In this document: positions 49,254 through 59,107 of the stretch, in pieces
Numbering within the stretch: the stretch's first letter is position 1
How the letters are laid out: every line of letters starts with the position of its first letter
Assembly: GCA_963804995.1 (NCBI GenBank)
Contig: CAWDSK010000003.1
Coordinates: 1,280,001-1,344,000 of the forward strand
Length of the DNA stretch: 64,000 bases
Origin: an uncultured Acidobacteriota bacterium
GTDB taxonomy: Bacteria; Acidobacteriota; Terriglobia; UBA7540
Direction of reading: 5' to 3'
The notes under the pieces: generated by a model
The model's database searches: none
Seen by the model: the letters and a program-made list of their open reading frames with translations, nothing else
Told to the model about the DNA's origin: nothing
Made by a program: the position numbers and the translations under genes

Positions 49254-49466
49254 CCCCGCAGGGGATAGATGGAATAGCCGGGGGCAACGCCCCCGGAAAG
49301 AGCGGCACCCGAGACGTTCGACCCTGAAAGGGTCGATTCCATCCGCTGTCACGCCTCACGTGCGTCCCCCACCCGAAGTTAATGCGACCCCTTCAGGGTC
49401 GACGTGTCGAGCGGGGCGCCATCCGGGGGTGTTGCCCCCGGCTATTTTCTTGTGCCCTTGCAGGGC
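49254..49466. repeat. Long nested palindrome (REPIN-like), family C
   Basis: AATAGCCGGGGGCAACGCCCCCGGA / TCCGGGGGTGTTGCCCCCGGCTATT and TCGACCCTGAAAGGGTCG / CGACCCCTTCAGGGTCGA arms. Confidence 0.8.
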
Positions 49467-49630
49467 GCGAAGAGTCCCCAATACGTCTCGCTCGCCGATA
49501 GGATGTTACAGTGCATTTTTATCAAATTAAGACATCAGAGTCTGACAGGCACAGACTCTGTTACCTGCCGCGTCCGCCTCCGTTGCGGCGATCCTCAACA
49601 AGCGAATGGTTGTGCGAATGTTGGACCAAA

Positions 49631-50326
49631 CTAAGGCCACCAACCCATCGGCACCCGGAAGCAGAAGACCAGGACAAGCTTCCATCCGACGGGCTTGCCG
49701 TCCGGAGTTCCGGGTGTGAACCTCCAATCATCCAGCGCCTGCATGCACGTGCTCGTAAAGGGCGGAGAGTCCCGGAGCACATCCGCGTGCTTCACATTGC
49801 CTTCCTCGTCGATGCTCACTTCAAGAATGACCGTCTTGGCCTCCCACGCTTTAAGTGGGTACCCCGGAAACGTCGCATGGATCACTCCGGGAGGGTTGAA
49901 GCATGGTCCGGGGCAGGCCTCCTGTTTCTGCTGGAGCAGTGGAGGCAGTGGCATGTTTTCTGCAAGAGGTGGCGCCGGGTTAAAAGTGACGGCGATAGTC
50001 GTTCTTGACGCGACCGCCCTCCCGTTCAACGTGGCAGGCTCGAATTTCCATTTCCTTACGCGATGGAGCGCTTCCTCCGTTTCGCTCGGAATATCACGCC
50101 GCACTTGTATGTCTCTAACCTCACCTTCTTTAGAAATCGTGACATCCAAAACAACTGTTCCGCTGGCTACGCTAGTGGGAGGAATCGTGATATCGTTAAT
50201 GCAAACCGCTTTGGCTGGTTGGAACTCAGACTCTTGAGTACCCTCACACGCGCATGGGGTAAGCGGCTGGCCAACCAACCATGCGAATGCGATCCCGAGA
50301 GCGAATAGTGTTCGCATGGGTGACAT
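49631..50326 (-). CDS. Exported protein with two TonB C-terminal domains
   Basis: GTVVLDVTISKEGEV..KWKFEPATLNG and TVILEVSIDEEGNV..WRFTPG. Confidence 0.85.
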   Translation of the reverse strand: MSPMRTLFALGIAFAWLVGQPLTPCACEGTQESEFQPAKAVCINDITIPPTSVASGTVVLDVTISKEGEVRDIQVRRDIPSETEEALHRVRKWKFEPATLNGRAVASRTTIAVTFNPAPPLAENMPLPPLLQQKQEACPGPCFNPPGVIHATFPGYPLKAWEAKTVILEVSIDEEGNVKHADVLRDSPPFTSTCMQALDDWRFTPGTPDGKPVGWKLVLVFCFRVPMGWWP

Positions 50327-50380
50327 CTCCTATCGCAATTATACTCCCCGAGTTGAGCAAAATTCTGTGTTCTAGCAAGC

Positions 50381-50578
50381 GTAGCGCAGACCTCCGCCGT
50401 TGAGGTCTGCGGTTCTTCCTGTGCCATTGGAACGAAGGTGTCGTGCGGAAGAAGCAAGTATGGCAGGGACGCCTGTGTTTGAGATTTGTAGATTCTTCAA
50501 ACTAAGAACCGCGGACCCCAAACACGGGGGACCGCGCTACAAGACACGGCTGGGCTCGCTCGGCGCCAGCCAGCCCCG
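50381..50578 (+). repeat. ~200 bp composite GTAG REP element family A, intact copy
   Basis: GTAGCGCAGACCTCCGCCGTTGAGGTCTGCGG ... CCGCGGACCCCAAACACGGGGGACCGCGCTAC. Confidence 0.9.
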
Positions 50579-50683
50579 AGTTACGCACAGCAACGGCGTC
50601 GAGGTGAATGGCTCTTGGACAGGATACAATGTAGGAATCCAGTTCCACTGAGCTAAATGCAACCCGGCGTTGGGGGCAAAACA

Positions 50684-51337
50684 ATGCGCTATCTATCTGC
50701 CATCGGTTTGTTAGTGACCATGGCGGCATACGGCCAGGTTGGCAACTCCAACGGTCTTGGTTCGGCCGCGGGAGTAGTGCTGGACAGTGCGGGAAAGCCC
50801 CTGGCCGGTGCTACGGTTTACGCACTTCCAGAGGAGGACATGACCAAGCAAATCCGAACCACCTCGGATTCAGCCGGCCGGTTCACGCTGGGAGGAATAC
50901 CGGCCGGAGGAGCATACCTGCACGCCTTTAAGGAAACTGACGGCTACCCCTACAACTTTTTTTCGTTCTTTCTATCGCCAGGTGAACGAACTCCTGTGAA
51001 AATCAAGATCACTGCCGGTAAGGTGACTCCCAACGTTGTCATACAGTTGGGGCTGAGGGCGGCTTATCTACAACTGGATGTCACGGATGAAGATGGAACT
51101 CCTGTTGACGGCGGACTGTCATTTGATCGCCTGGACATGCCCGGACCTTACAGTAGAGGAGTGAGTGCAAGAGAGCTCTTGATGGTTCCTCCGGTGCCTT
51201 TCCGCCTGACGTTCAAGGCTGCGGGATATTTGCCGTGGCATTACGGCGGAGATCGGTGGCGGACGAATGCGGGTTTAATCACACTCAAACCTGGCGAAAC
51301 TATGCACCTCCCGATTCACCCAAAACGTCCGCAATAG
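50684..51337 (+). CDS. Exported carboxypeptidase regulatory-like domain protein
   Basis: Signal peptide; GVVLDSAGKPLAGATV, TSDSAGRFTL. Confidence 0.82.
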   Translation: MRYLSAIGLLVTMAAYGQVGNSNGLGSAAGVVLDSAGKPLAGATVYALPEEDMTKQIRTTSDSAGRFTLGGIPAGGAYLHAFKETDGYPYNFFSFFLSPGERTPVKIKITAGKVTPNVVIQLGLRAAYLQLDVTDEDGTPVDGGLSFDRLDMPGPYSRGVSARELLMVPPVPFRLTFKAAGYLPWHYGGDRWRTNAGLITLKPGETMHLPIHPKRPQ

Positions 51338-51348
51338 CGGGGTAGCCA

Positions 51349-51388
51349 GTGCGCCGGGATAAACCCGCCTGAAAGAGAGGATGAAAGA
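51349..51388 (+). mobile_element. 5' fragment of a group II intron related to 47136-49048
   Basis: GTGCGCCGGGATAAACC (17 nt identical to the intact intron 5' end) followed by GAAAG.AGAG.ATGAAA. Confidence 0.65.
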
Positions 51389-51393
51389 GCCGG

Positions 51394-51468
51394 ATCGGGA
51401 TAGGGGGAGCGGTCGCCCGCTCACCCCTCCCACACCACTGTACGTACGGAGCGCGTATACGGCGGTTC
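51394..51468 (-). mobile_element. Orphan DV-DVI of a group IIC intron
   Basis: GAACCGCCGTATACG..CGTACGTACAGTGGTGTGGGAGGGG...CCCCTATCCCGAT (CGC triad, short DV, AT end). Confidence 0.85.
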
Positions 51469-51582
51469 GGCGGGTTAGGCTAAGAACCGGCGGTGCCCCG
51501 TCTCATTAGATACTGCTCCGCCACCGAAAGAACCCCAGCGCTACAGCCAAAGCGTTGTCCAAAAATTTCGTGGACACTGCGT

Positions 51583-52773
51583 TCACGCCATCGAGGATTT
51601 CCCAACTGCCGCCGAGGGAGCCAAGCGTTCAAGCGCCGCCATCACGCCGCCCTCCCGGTGCGGCACGCCGGCCAGTCGAAGTCCCATCTCAACTCCACCC
51701 AGAGTGCCCACCAGCATCAAATCGTTGAAGCTGCCCAGGTGGCCGATGCGGAACGCCTTGCCCAGAAGCTTGCCGAGCCCCGCGCCTAGTGACATATCGA
51801 AATTATTGAGAATAACCTTTCTGAGATTATCCGCGCTGTGCCCTTCGGGCGTGAGCACGGCGGTCACGGTGCTGGAGTAATCCTCGGGCGCCTCGCAGAC
51901 GATCTCCAGGCCCCACTGTGAAACCGCCGCCCGGGTGGCCTGCGCGTGGCGGTCGTGGCGGCGGAACACATTTTCCAAACCCTCTTCCTCCAGCATGTGA
52001 AGGGATTCGCGCAAACCGTAAAGCAGGTTCGTGGGCGGTGTGTAGGGGTAGAATCCGGTTTTGTTCTGCTTCAGGATGTCTTGCCAGTCCCAGTAAGCGC
52101 GCGGCATCCGGGCAGTTTCATTGGCGCGCAGAGCTTTCTCCGACACCGCGTTGAAGCTCAAGCCGGGCGGCAACATCAGCCCCTTTTGCGAGCCGCCAAT
52201 CGCCACGTCCACGCCCCACTCATCCTGCCGGAAATCGATGGCCGCAAGCGAGGAGATGGCATCCACCATCAAGAGAGCCGGATGGCGCGCGCGGTTGAGT
52301 ATGCTGCGGATCTCACCGACATGGCTGGTGGCTCCCGTCGAGGTCTCATTGTGAACCACCATCACCGCCTTGATGCGGTGCGTCGGGTCGGTCGCCAGAC
52401 GCGCTTCCAGTTGATCGAGGTCAGCGCCGCGACGCCAGTTCCCCGGCACATAATCCACGTCCAGGCCGAGCCGTTGCGCCATGCGCCGCCAAAGCTCCGC
52501 AAACTGCCCCGTCTCGAACATCACCACACGATCGCCCGGCGACAACGAGTTCACGATCGCAGCCTCCCACGCGCCTGACCCCGAACCGGGGTACAGGATG
52601 ACGGGCCCGCTGGTCTTGAAAATGGGGCGAATGCCTTCCAAAATTTCCATCGCCAGTTCGGCGAATTCCGGACCACGGTGGTCAATGACCGGACGATCCA
52701 TGGCGCGCAGAATCCGGTCAGGACAATTGGTTGGACCCGGGATTTGCAAAAAATGACGCCCCGTGTGAATCAT
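51583..52773 (-). CDS. Class V PLP aminotransferase (serine/alanine-glyoxylate type)
   Basis: GRHFLQIPGPTN, HNETSTG, VDAISS, GSQKGLMLPPG, FRIGHLG. Confidence 0.93.
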   Translation of the reverse strand: MIHTGRHFLQIPGPTNCPDRILRAMDRPVIDHRGPEFAELAMEILEGIRPIFKTSGPVILYPGSGSGAWEAAIVNSLSPGDRVVMFETGQFAELWRRMAQRLGLDVDYVPGNWRRGADLDQLEARLATDPTHRIKAVMVVHNETSTGATSHVGEIRSILNRARHPALLMVDAISSLAAIDFRQDEWGVDVAIGGSQKGLMLPPGLSFNAVSEKALRANETARMPRAYWDWQDILKQNKTGFYPYTPPTNLLYGLRESLHMLEEEGLENVFRRHDRHAQATRAAVSQWGLEIVCEAPEDYSSTVTAVLTPEGHSADNLRKVILNNFDMSLGAGLGKLLGKAFRIGHLGSFNDLMLVGTLGGVEMGLRLAGVPHREGGVMAALERLAPSAAVGKSSMA

Positions 52774-53160
52774 GAATCCTCCCTTCACTCCGCTGCATGG
52801 GTTATCTAACTTGGAACGCGACTAAAACCCTAATCCGCCCAAAGCTCCATACTTCCGCCGACTTTCGAGATCGCGTCATACTATAATATCGGACAATTGT
52901 AACGCAGAGCGGTCAGCGGGGTGGCGACATTGTGTCGCTGGGGAATTGTCCCAGATGTTGCTCTCCGCGGGGCGTAGCGGGCGAGGTCCCACCAAAAAGG
53001 CCGAACTCCTACGAATTCCACCCCCTGGAATATGCCTCTCGAAATCCTCTTGTGGTTCCGCCGTTCAATCCAGGAATCACAAGAACCGACTCGCGTGAGG
53101 GAAACGGTTATCCAATCATAGAGCCTGAGTCGCCCAAAGAATCGCAATCGGCGACATTAC

Positions 53161-53466
53161 TTAGATTGTCAAGTTGGTTAAGAACTGAAGGCCCGCATGG
53201 GACCAGAGGCCGGCAGCATCCCAAGGTCTCACCCACACCACGCGACTGGGGATGGCGTTCGGGAATTCTCCCTTGAGCATGATGCCCACCCACTCGCCGG
53301 GAACCAGCTCAAGAGTGGTTTGGACGCAGGCCCCTTCCAGTGAGAAATCAATGGCGGACGCGTCATCGTCAGTATTGTTACGTTCGGATCGAACTACAAG
53401 GCTAATGGGGATCGTCGCTGGTTCGCGTTCCGCGCGACGAAGGTCAGTCGGGGGGATGGTTTGCAT
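53161..53466 (-). CDS. Stand-alone PilZ domain protein
   Basis: RRAER (RxxxR) and DFSLEG (DxSxxG), RVVW, GLQF; SD GAGGAGG. Confidence 0.85.
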   Translation of the reverse strand: MQTIPPTDLRRAEREPATIPISLVVRSERNNTDDDASAIDFSLEGACVQTTLELVPGEWVGIMLKGEFPNAIPSRVVWVRPWDAAGLWSHAGLQFLTNLTI

Positions 53467-53626
53467 CGGCAGCCTCCTCACCTCCGTATTGGAGATGTAG
53501 CTATTGATTACCTTGCCACGGTCCAGGGCAGAAGTCAAGCTCCAAACGTGGAAGGGTTGTGGTGCGGCTGAAAGCCCCCGGTGTGGGGTATTGACGGGCG
53601 TTGGAGCCTCGCGCCCCAATCCTTTT

Positions 53627-54946
53627 CTATGGCCGTAAACCTGAAAACGCCAAGCTTGCTGCTTGCAGTGTCGCGGCCAAGTCACCCTCGCTGTGACTGG
53701 TGGAGACAAAGGCCGCCTCGAATTGCGAAGGCGGGAAATAAACACCAGACTCCAGCATGAACTTGAAGAAAAGACTATAAGCCGCCGTGTCGGCCTTCTT
53801 CGCGCCGGCATAATCGTTCACGGGACCCGGCGTAAAGAAAGCTGTGAACATGGAACCAACGCGATTCACAGTCAAGACCGTGCCCAGCCGCGCGGCTTCC
53901 GTGGCCAGCCCCTGGGTAAGGCGTTCCGTCAGCGAATCCAGCCGCTCATAGAGCCCCGGCCGCCGCAGGATTTCAAGCGTCTTCAATCCCGCCGCCACCG
54001 CCAGGGGATTGCCGGAGAGCGTTCCAGCCTGATAAACCGGCCCCACCGGCGCCACCAAGTCCATCAGCCGCGCCTTGCCCCCATAGGCTCCCACGGGCAA
54101 ACCCCCTCCGATGATTTTGCCCAGCGTCGTCATGTCCGGGTCGATTTTGTAAAGCTGCTGCGCCCCGCCGTACGCCACGCGAAAACCCGTCATCACTTCG
54201 TCGAAGATCAGCACCGTACCCTGCTCAAGCGTCAGGGCGCGCAACTTTTCGAGGAAACCCAGCCGTGGGGGAACACAACCCATGTTGCCGGCTATGGGCT
54301 CCACGATTACCGCGGCCAGCTCGTTGTGGTGCAAGCGGAACGCTTCTTCCAGCGCCGCCGCATCATTAAAGGGCACAGTCACGGTGAGCTCGGCAAGAGC
54401 GCGCGGAACGCCCGGGCTGTCAGGTAACCCAAGTGTGGCTACACCCGAACCCGCCTTCACCAACAGACTGTCGGCATGGCCGTGATAGCATCCGGCGAAT
54501 TTCAGAATTTTGTCGCGCCCTGTCGCCGCGCGCGCCACCCGCAAGGCGGAGAGTGTTGCCTCCGTGCCGGAGTTCACCAGTCTGACGCGCTCGATCGATG
54601 GGTAGGCTTCGCAGATGCGTTCCGCCAATTCCACTTCCCGCGGCGTGCAGGCGCCAAAGCTCGTTCCTGTTTCCAACACTTTCACTAATTCTTCCACCAC
54701 CTCCGGATGGCTGTGGCCGAGGATCAAAGGTCCCCAGGAGAGCACGTAATCGATGTAACTCTTGCCATCGACATCCGTCATCATGGCGCCTTTGCCGCTG
54801 CTCATGAAGATGGGATCGCCGCCCACCGCACTGAAAGCGCGCACGGGTGAGTTCACTCCTCCCGGCACGAGGCGTTTAGCTTTTTCGAAGAGCTCCTTGG
54901 ATTTGCTTGACAAGGGCTTACTACCTGATTGTAAGGGTGAATTCAT
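53627..54946 (-). CDS. hemL: Glutamate-1-semialdehyde 2,1-aminomutase
   Basis: PGGVNSPVRAF, VNSGTEA, FDEVMTGFR, GKIIGGGLP, YQAGTLSGNP. Confidence 0.97.
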   Translation of the reverse strand: MNSPLQSGSKPLSSKSKELFEKAKRLVPGGVNSPVRAFSAVGGDPIFMSSGKGAMMTDVDGKSYIDYVLSWGPLILGHSHPEVVEELVKVLETGTSFGACTPREVELAERICEAYPSIERVRLVNSGTEATLSALRVARAATGRDKILKFAGCYHGHADSLLVKAGSGVATLGLPDSPGVPRALAELTVTVPFNDAAALEEAFRLHHNELAAVIVEPIAGNMGCVPPRLGFLEKLRALTLEQGTVLIFDEVMTGFRVAYGGAQQLYKIDPDMTTLGKIIGGGLPVGAYGGKARLMDLVAPVGPVYQAGTLSGNPLAVAAGLKTLEILRRPGLYERLDSLTERLTQGLATEAARLGTVLTVNRVGSMFTAFFTPGPVNDYAGAKKADTAAYSLFFKFMLESGVYFPPSQFEAAFVSTSHSEGDLAATLQAASLAFSGLRP

Positions 54947-54994
54947 AGGTTAACCTGATGATAAGGCTGTTCCAGCGTTAACAGTTAAGGGGTC

Positions 54995-56197
54995 TTAAAT
55001 CGCCTGCGACCGGTCAAGCGTTTCACGCAAGAGCCCTTTGCCGGTGTCCAGCAGGGTACTCCCAAGACTCCGGGAAAGCCGCCCGACAAGTCCCAGGTAA
55101 GTTTGCGACCCTTCCACGAGGTCCTGCATCACCTCGAGAATGCTCCGGCTCCGCGCCCCGAACTGTACCATGCGAGTCGCTACGCCGCCACCGAGGAAAT
55201 TTCCATGGTAGAACATCCCTGCCAGCCGCGCCCCCATCGCTAACGCCTGGCCAAATTCCTGCCACACACGCTCTGCGTAGGATTCGGGGAGCCCTGCGAG
55301 CAACGTTTCGGCCAGAATCTCACCCGAGCGCAGGGCGTAATAAATGCCCTCGCCCGTCAAAGGGTCGACCAAGCCGGCGGAGTCTCCGGCCAGTGCCCAA
55401 CCCGGCCCTTCCAGATGCAGCCCTCCCCAGCTTAGTGTAGAGAGCGCAGGCAGCAGGTGGCTGAACACTTGCACCTTGTCCGAAACATAGCCAAATTTCT
55501 GCATGAAACGCTCGAGCCTATCACGCAGGCCCGCCATACAATCCTCACCAATCTTGCCGCAGATGCCCACGGAGAGATGATCAGGCCGCGGGAACGCCCA
55601 GGCGTAACCTTCGAACTCTTCGTAGAATTGCACGCGCAACAAATCACTCTCGATGGGGACGTAATAGCCAAAGGTCAACATGAAGTCGCGCTGTGTGAAA
55701 TCTTGCACGAACTCCCGCCGCAGCCGGGTGCGAGCGCCTGCCGCGAGCACTACAAAGTCAGCGTGATAATTCCCCTGCCGGCCCGCGAGCTCCCAATCCG
55801 AATTGCGCCGCCGTAAGTCCACAATCCGGTCGGCGATGACTTCCGCCCCAGCCTCTTGCGCGCGCTGCAGTAATAATCCATTCAGCGTAGCGCGGGAATA
55901 AATTACCATGGGGCGGCGCAGGTGAAAACGCATCACCTCATCATTGGGAGCCCAAAATTCCACCTCGCGGACGAGCTTGCCGCAGCCGGTCGCTTCGGCC
56001 AAGAAAGGATATTTTCGCAGCGCTTTGTGGCTGAGCCCGCCGCCGCAAGGTTTTTCCCAGCCAATCTTTTCTTCAAAAATCAGAACGCGATGTCCGCCCC
56101 TTGCCCCGTTGTGCAAAGCCCAACCCTGCGCCAGGATCTCAGCATTTCTGGCGCCCGCCGGCCCACCTCCGATAATGGCGATGGTACGCACACCCAT
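54995..56197 (-). CDS. Geranylgeranyl reductase-family FAD-dependent oxidoreductase
   Basis: IIGGGPAG, EKPCGGGL, GYAWAFP, GDSAGLVDPLTGEGIYYALRSG. Confidence 0.9.
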   Translation of the reverse strand: MGVRTIAIIGGGPAGARNAEILAQGWALHNGARGGHRVLIFEEKIGWEKPCGGGLSHKALRKYPFLAEATGCGKLVREVEFWAPNDEVMRFHLRRPMVIYSRATLNGLLLQRAQEAGAEVIADRIVDLRRRNSDWELAGRQGNYHADFVVLAAGARTRLRREFVQDFTQRDFMLTFGYYVPIESDLLRVQFYEEFEGYAWAFPRPDHLSVGICGKIGEDCMAGLRDRLERFMQKFGYVSDKVQVFSHLLPALSTLSWGGLHLEGPGWALAGDSAGLVDPLTGEGIYYALRSGEILAETLLAGLPESYAERVWQEFGQALAMGARLAGMFYHGNFLGGGVATRMVQFGARSRSILEVMQDLVEGSQTYLGLVGRLSRSLGSTLLDTGKGLLRETLDRSQAI

Positions 56198-56322
56198 CTC
56201 AATCCCTATCTCCAAAGTGCGAGCATAGCATGTGGCTTTATGGGGTGTAAATTCGACGCCCGGCATGTGCCGCCCTAGTGGCTAGTGAATTCCTAACTTG
56301 TAGAATTTTCAACCGTCCTAGT

Positions 56323-56394
56323 GACCCCTCACCCGTCCCGCCCCGGCTGATGAAAACGCCGGCGGCGGTCCACCCTCTCCCCTCGGAGAGGGCT
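56323..56394 (+). repeat. REP-like repeat, family B
   Basis: Copy of 8324-8390. Confidence 0.85.
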
Positions 56395-56742
56395 ATTACT
56401 CAAAGCGGGGTGTTGTATCGAAATGCCGGGGAACGGTTCTGCCAATGGGTCGGTGCGCGCTTCGATATAACCTTCCCCTGGCCGGAACCGGATAATAGCC
56501 TTCTCCCCAGGGGTCGCAGAATCCGCCGTGGCGGAAGAAGGTGGTCGACGTAGGAGGCCGGATGAGGGGTTACTTACACGCGAGGGTCCCTCTTAGGGTA
56601 CCCCGCCAGGACACTCAGGCTTGCGCTTACGGGACCTTGCGATTTCCCGATACCTCAGGGCAAAATGTTGATGACCAATGGGGGGCGAGAAAATCCGCCC
56701 GGGGTCACAGTTAAAACCACCGCCCGGTGCATTCGAGATCCC

Positions 56743-57714
56743 ATGCTTCTTCAACCACGCGAGCCTTTTAATTTGGCTCAAACACTGCGTTTCATCCTGA
56801 GCCCGCCGGCGTTGCTCAATGGGCGGCATTTCGAGCCGCTACTCGACCACCTCGTGGACGGCGAATATCGTCGCGTCCTGGAATTTGGCGACCAACTGGT
56901 ATTGTACGGGGTGCGCGAGGAAGGACAGGGGTCAAGCGCCCGGCTGCGTCTGCGGATCCTGGTGGGAGCGGACAGCGAAGGCATACGTCACGCGCTGGTC
57001 CGGCAGGTGGCGCGTCAATTCTCAACCGACCTCGACCTCGAGCCTTTCTATACGCTCGCTGCCGGGGACCCGGTACTTCGCCGCCTCATCGTGCACTTTC
57101 GCGGTATGCGGATTCCTCAGGCGCCCAGTGTCTTTGAGATCCTCATTTCGGCCATCATCGAGCAGCAAGTGAACCTGTCGTTTGCGCACCAGGTAAAGAA
57201 AGCGCTGATTGAAACCTACGGGCGCTGGGTGGAATTCGAGGGCCGCCGTTACAACGCGTTTCCTGAACCCGCCGCGCTCGCCATCACAACTCCGCGTGAA
57301 CTCCGCCGCATCCAGGTGTCCGGTCCCAAAGCTCGATACATCATCGGCATTTCGCGCCTGGCGCTCGACGGTACGCTCGATCTCGAGGGCCTGCGCGAGA
57401 TCGAGCCGGGACTGGCTTACGAAAAGCTCCTGGCGCAAAAGGGCGTCGGAAACTGGACGGCGCAGTACGTGGGGCTGCGGGCGCTGGGGCACTTGGATTG
57501 CCTCCCCGCTGCCGATGTGGGGTTGCAGAAGGTGATCCGGCACTTCTACGGGCTGCGCAAGCAGGTTTCGGCGGAACGCGTGGAGAAATTGGCTCGCGCC
57601 TGGCTGGGGTGGCGAAGCTACGCCACCTTTTATCTTTGGCTTACTTATTGGGAGACTCCGGAATGGAAGAGCCGAGTCCGCGAGGAAATCCGCGCCGGAC
57701 GGAGAAGGGATTGA
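56743..57714 (+). CDS. alkA: DNA-3-methyladenine glycosylase II (AlkA family)
   Basis: FEILISAIIEQQV, AFPEP, HhH KGVGNWTA, PAADVG, WRSYA. Confidence 0.88.
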   Translation: MLLQPREPFNLAQTLRFILSPPALLNGRHFEPLLDHLVDGEYRRVLEFGDQLVLYGVREEGQGSSARLRLRILVGADSEGIRHALVRQVARQFSTDLDLEPFYTLAAGDPVLRRLIVHFRGMRIPQAPSVFEILISAIIEQQVNLSFAHQVKKALIETYGRWVEFEGRRYNAFPEPAALAITTPRELRRIQVSGPKARYIIGISRLALDGTLDLEGLREIEPGLAYEKLLAQKGVGNWTAQYVGLRALGHLDCLPAADVGLQKVIRHFYGLRKQVSAERVEKLARAWLGWRSYATFYLWLTYWETPEWKSRVREEIRAGRRRD

Positions 57715-57880
57715 GTGATTCAATTATTGGTTCATTGATTCATTGGTTCATTGGCTCATTGCATCATTGAGCCAACCGAGTAAAAGGCAAGAATCGATTC
57801 CAACTTTTCCGCTGACGAGTTTCGAATTTCGAGTTTCGAGTTTCGGTTTTTGAGCTTCGATTTTCGATTTTCGAGTTTCC
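57713..57880. repeat. Adjacent octamer (GGTTCATT) and heptamer (GAGTTTC) arrays between convergent genes
   Basis: 57713-57770 ggttcatt/gattcatt/ggctcatt; 57817-57880 gagtttc/gaatttc/gattttc. Confidence 0.8.
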
Positions 57881-57915
57881 CTTGGAGTCACCCCCATCAC
57901 ACCATGGCCCCATCC

Positions 57916-58272
57916 TCAGCCTGACAACTGCGATGCGAGCATACCCCATAATGCGAGGCCGATCCCCACGGCGAAGTACGGGTTGATGATCGCGAAGTAA
58001 ATCAGACATAGGAACCAGGGGATAAAGACCAGTATAGCGTGGTGGAAAACGTAGTCAGTGACGAGCAGCAAGAAGAAGGCAATCAAAGCGCCAACCAGGC
58101 ACCCCAGGATACCCATCCATCCGAAAGGGGCGGGCCGAACATGAAATCGATAAATGCCCCAAGCCATGAACAGGGCGCCCAGAATTACCATCACCAGCGC
58201 AAAGACTTCCCCGCCCTCGAGCCTCTTGCGGATGGTCTTGATACCCTCCTTTACTGAACTCATCATCGTCAT
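57916..58272 (-). CDS. Small integral membrane protein
   Basis: 3-4 hydrophobic segments. Confidence 0.7.
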   Translation of the reverse strand: MTMMSSVKEGIKTIRKRLEGGEVFALVMVILGALFMAWGIYRFHVRPAPFGWMGILGCLVGALIAFFLLLVTDYVFHHAILVFIPWFLCLIYFAIINPYFAVGIGLALWGMLASQLSG

Positions 58273-58543
58273 CCTGGCGGGGGAAGTATAGACTCAACGC
58301 CGCGTCGCCGCAAACGCTGCTCCGAGGAAAGGGAGAGGCGCAGTTTGGCCAATTTCAACATGGGCATCTCTCTTCGCAATCCGGCGACACACCCACTCAG
58401 CAAATTTTTCGAGTTTGTCGCCAGCGCAATCGCCAGAAGTGACAAGGCGGACTATATCTACAGTTAACCGACTTTCCGTCCAGTGGCCGCACACTGTACT
58501 TGTCTCCGGAGAGCCGCTCATTTACTACGAGTTTCGTCGAGAG

Positions 58544-59107
58544 TTAAGGTTTAAGCGGAGGCCCCTTGAAGCAAACGTTGAGCCAGAGCTTGAGGGTAAG
58601 GTCATGACGGGCTTCATTGGCGAGGTACGGACGCAATTCCTTTTTGTAGCGTTCGCGCAGCACCTCAGGACTCAGATGGAGGCTTTCTGCCAGAAAGGCC
58701 ACGTCATCGCGATCCTTCTGGCTGTTTCTTTCCAGCTTGGACAAAATCAAGTCGTAGGGGTCAGGGGCGTAAAGATGCAAGTTCTTAAACTGGCCGGGGA
58801 CCATCTCTGAGAGCCGCGTCGCGTAGTCCTCCGGGAGGGAAATGGCCGGAAAATGGTGCAAATGAAGCTTGTGCTTATTCGCAAGCATCGAGTCCGGCCC
58901 CGCCAATGCTTGAAGGTCGCCCACCGAGGCAGAGGGTAGTGCAGCAAAATAATCAACATCCGCCGTGGGTCGCGGTAGTCCGTAAAAAAGGCTGACCACA
59001 AATCCGCCGATGCAATGCACCTGAACTTGTTCACGGAGGAGTCCGTCAAGCTCTTCCAGAAACCGGTCCCAAGGGGAAGGGAGATTTGTCTTGTTGCTAG
59101 TCGACAT
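58544..59107 (-). CDS. DUF6036/AbiEii-like nucleotidyltransferase (putative toxin)
   Basis: IGG..RPTADVD, LILSKLERNSQKDRDD; overlaps upstream HTH gene. Confidence 0.8.
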   Translation of the reverse strand: MSTSNKTNLPSPWDRFLEELDGLLREQVQVHCIGGFVVSLFYGLPRPTADVDYFAALPSASVGDLQALAGPDSMLANKHKLHLHHFPAISLPEDYATRLSEMVPGQFKNLHLYAPDPYDLILSKLERNSQKDRDDVAFLAESLHLSPEVLRERYKKELRPYLANEARHDLTLKLWLNVCFKGPPLKP

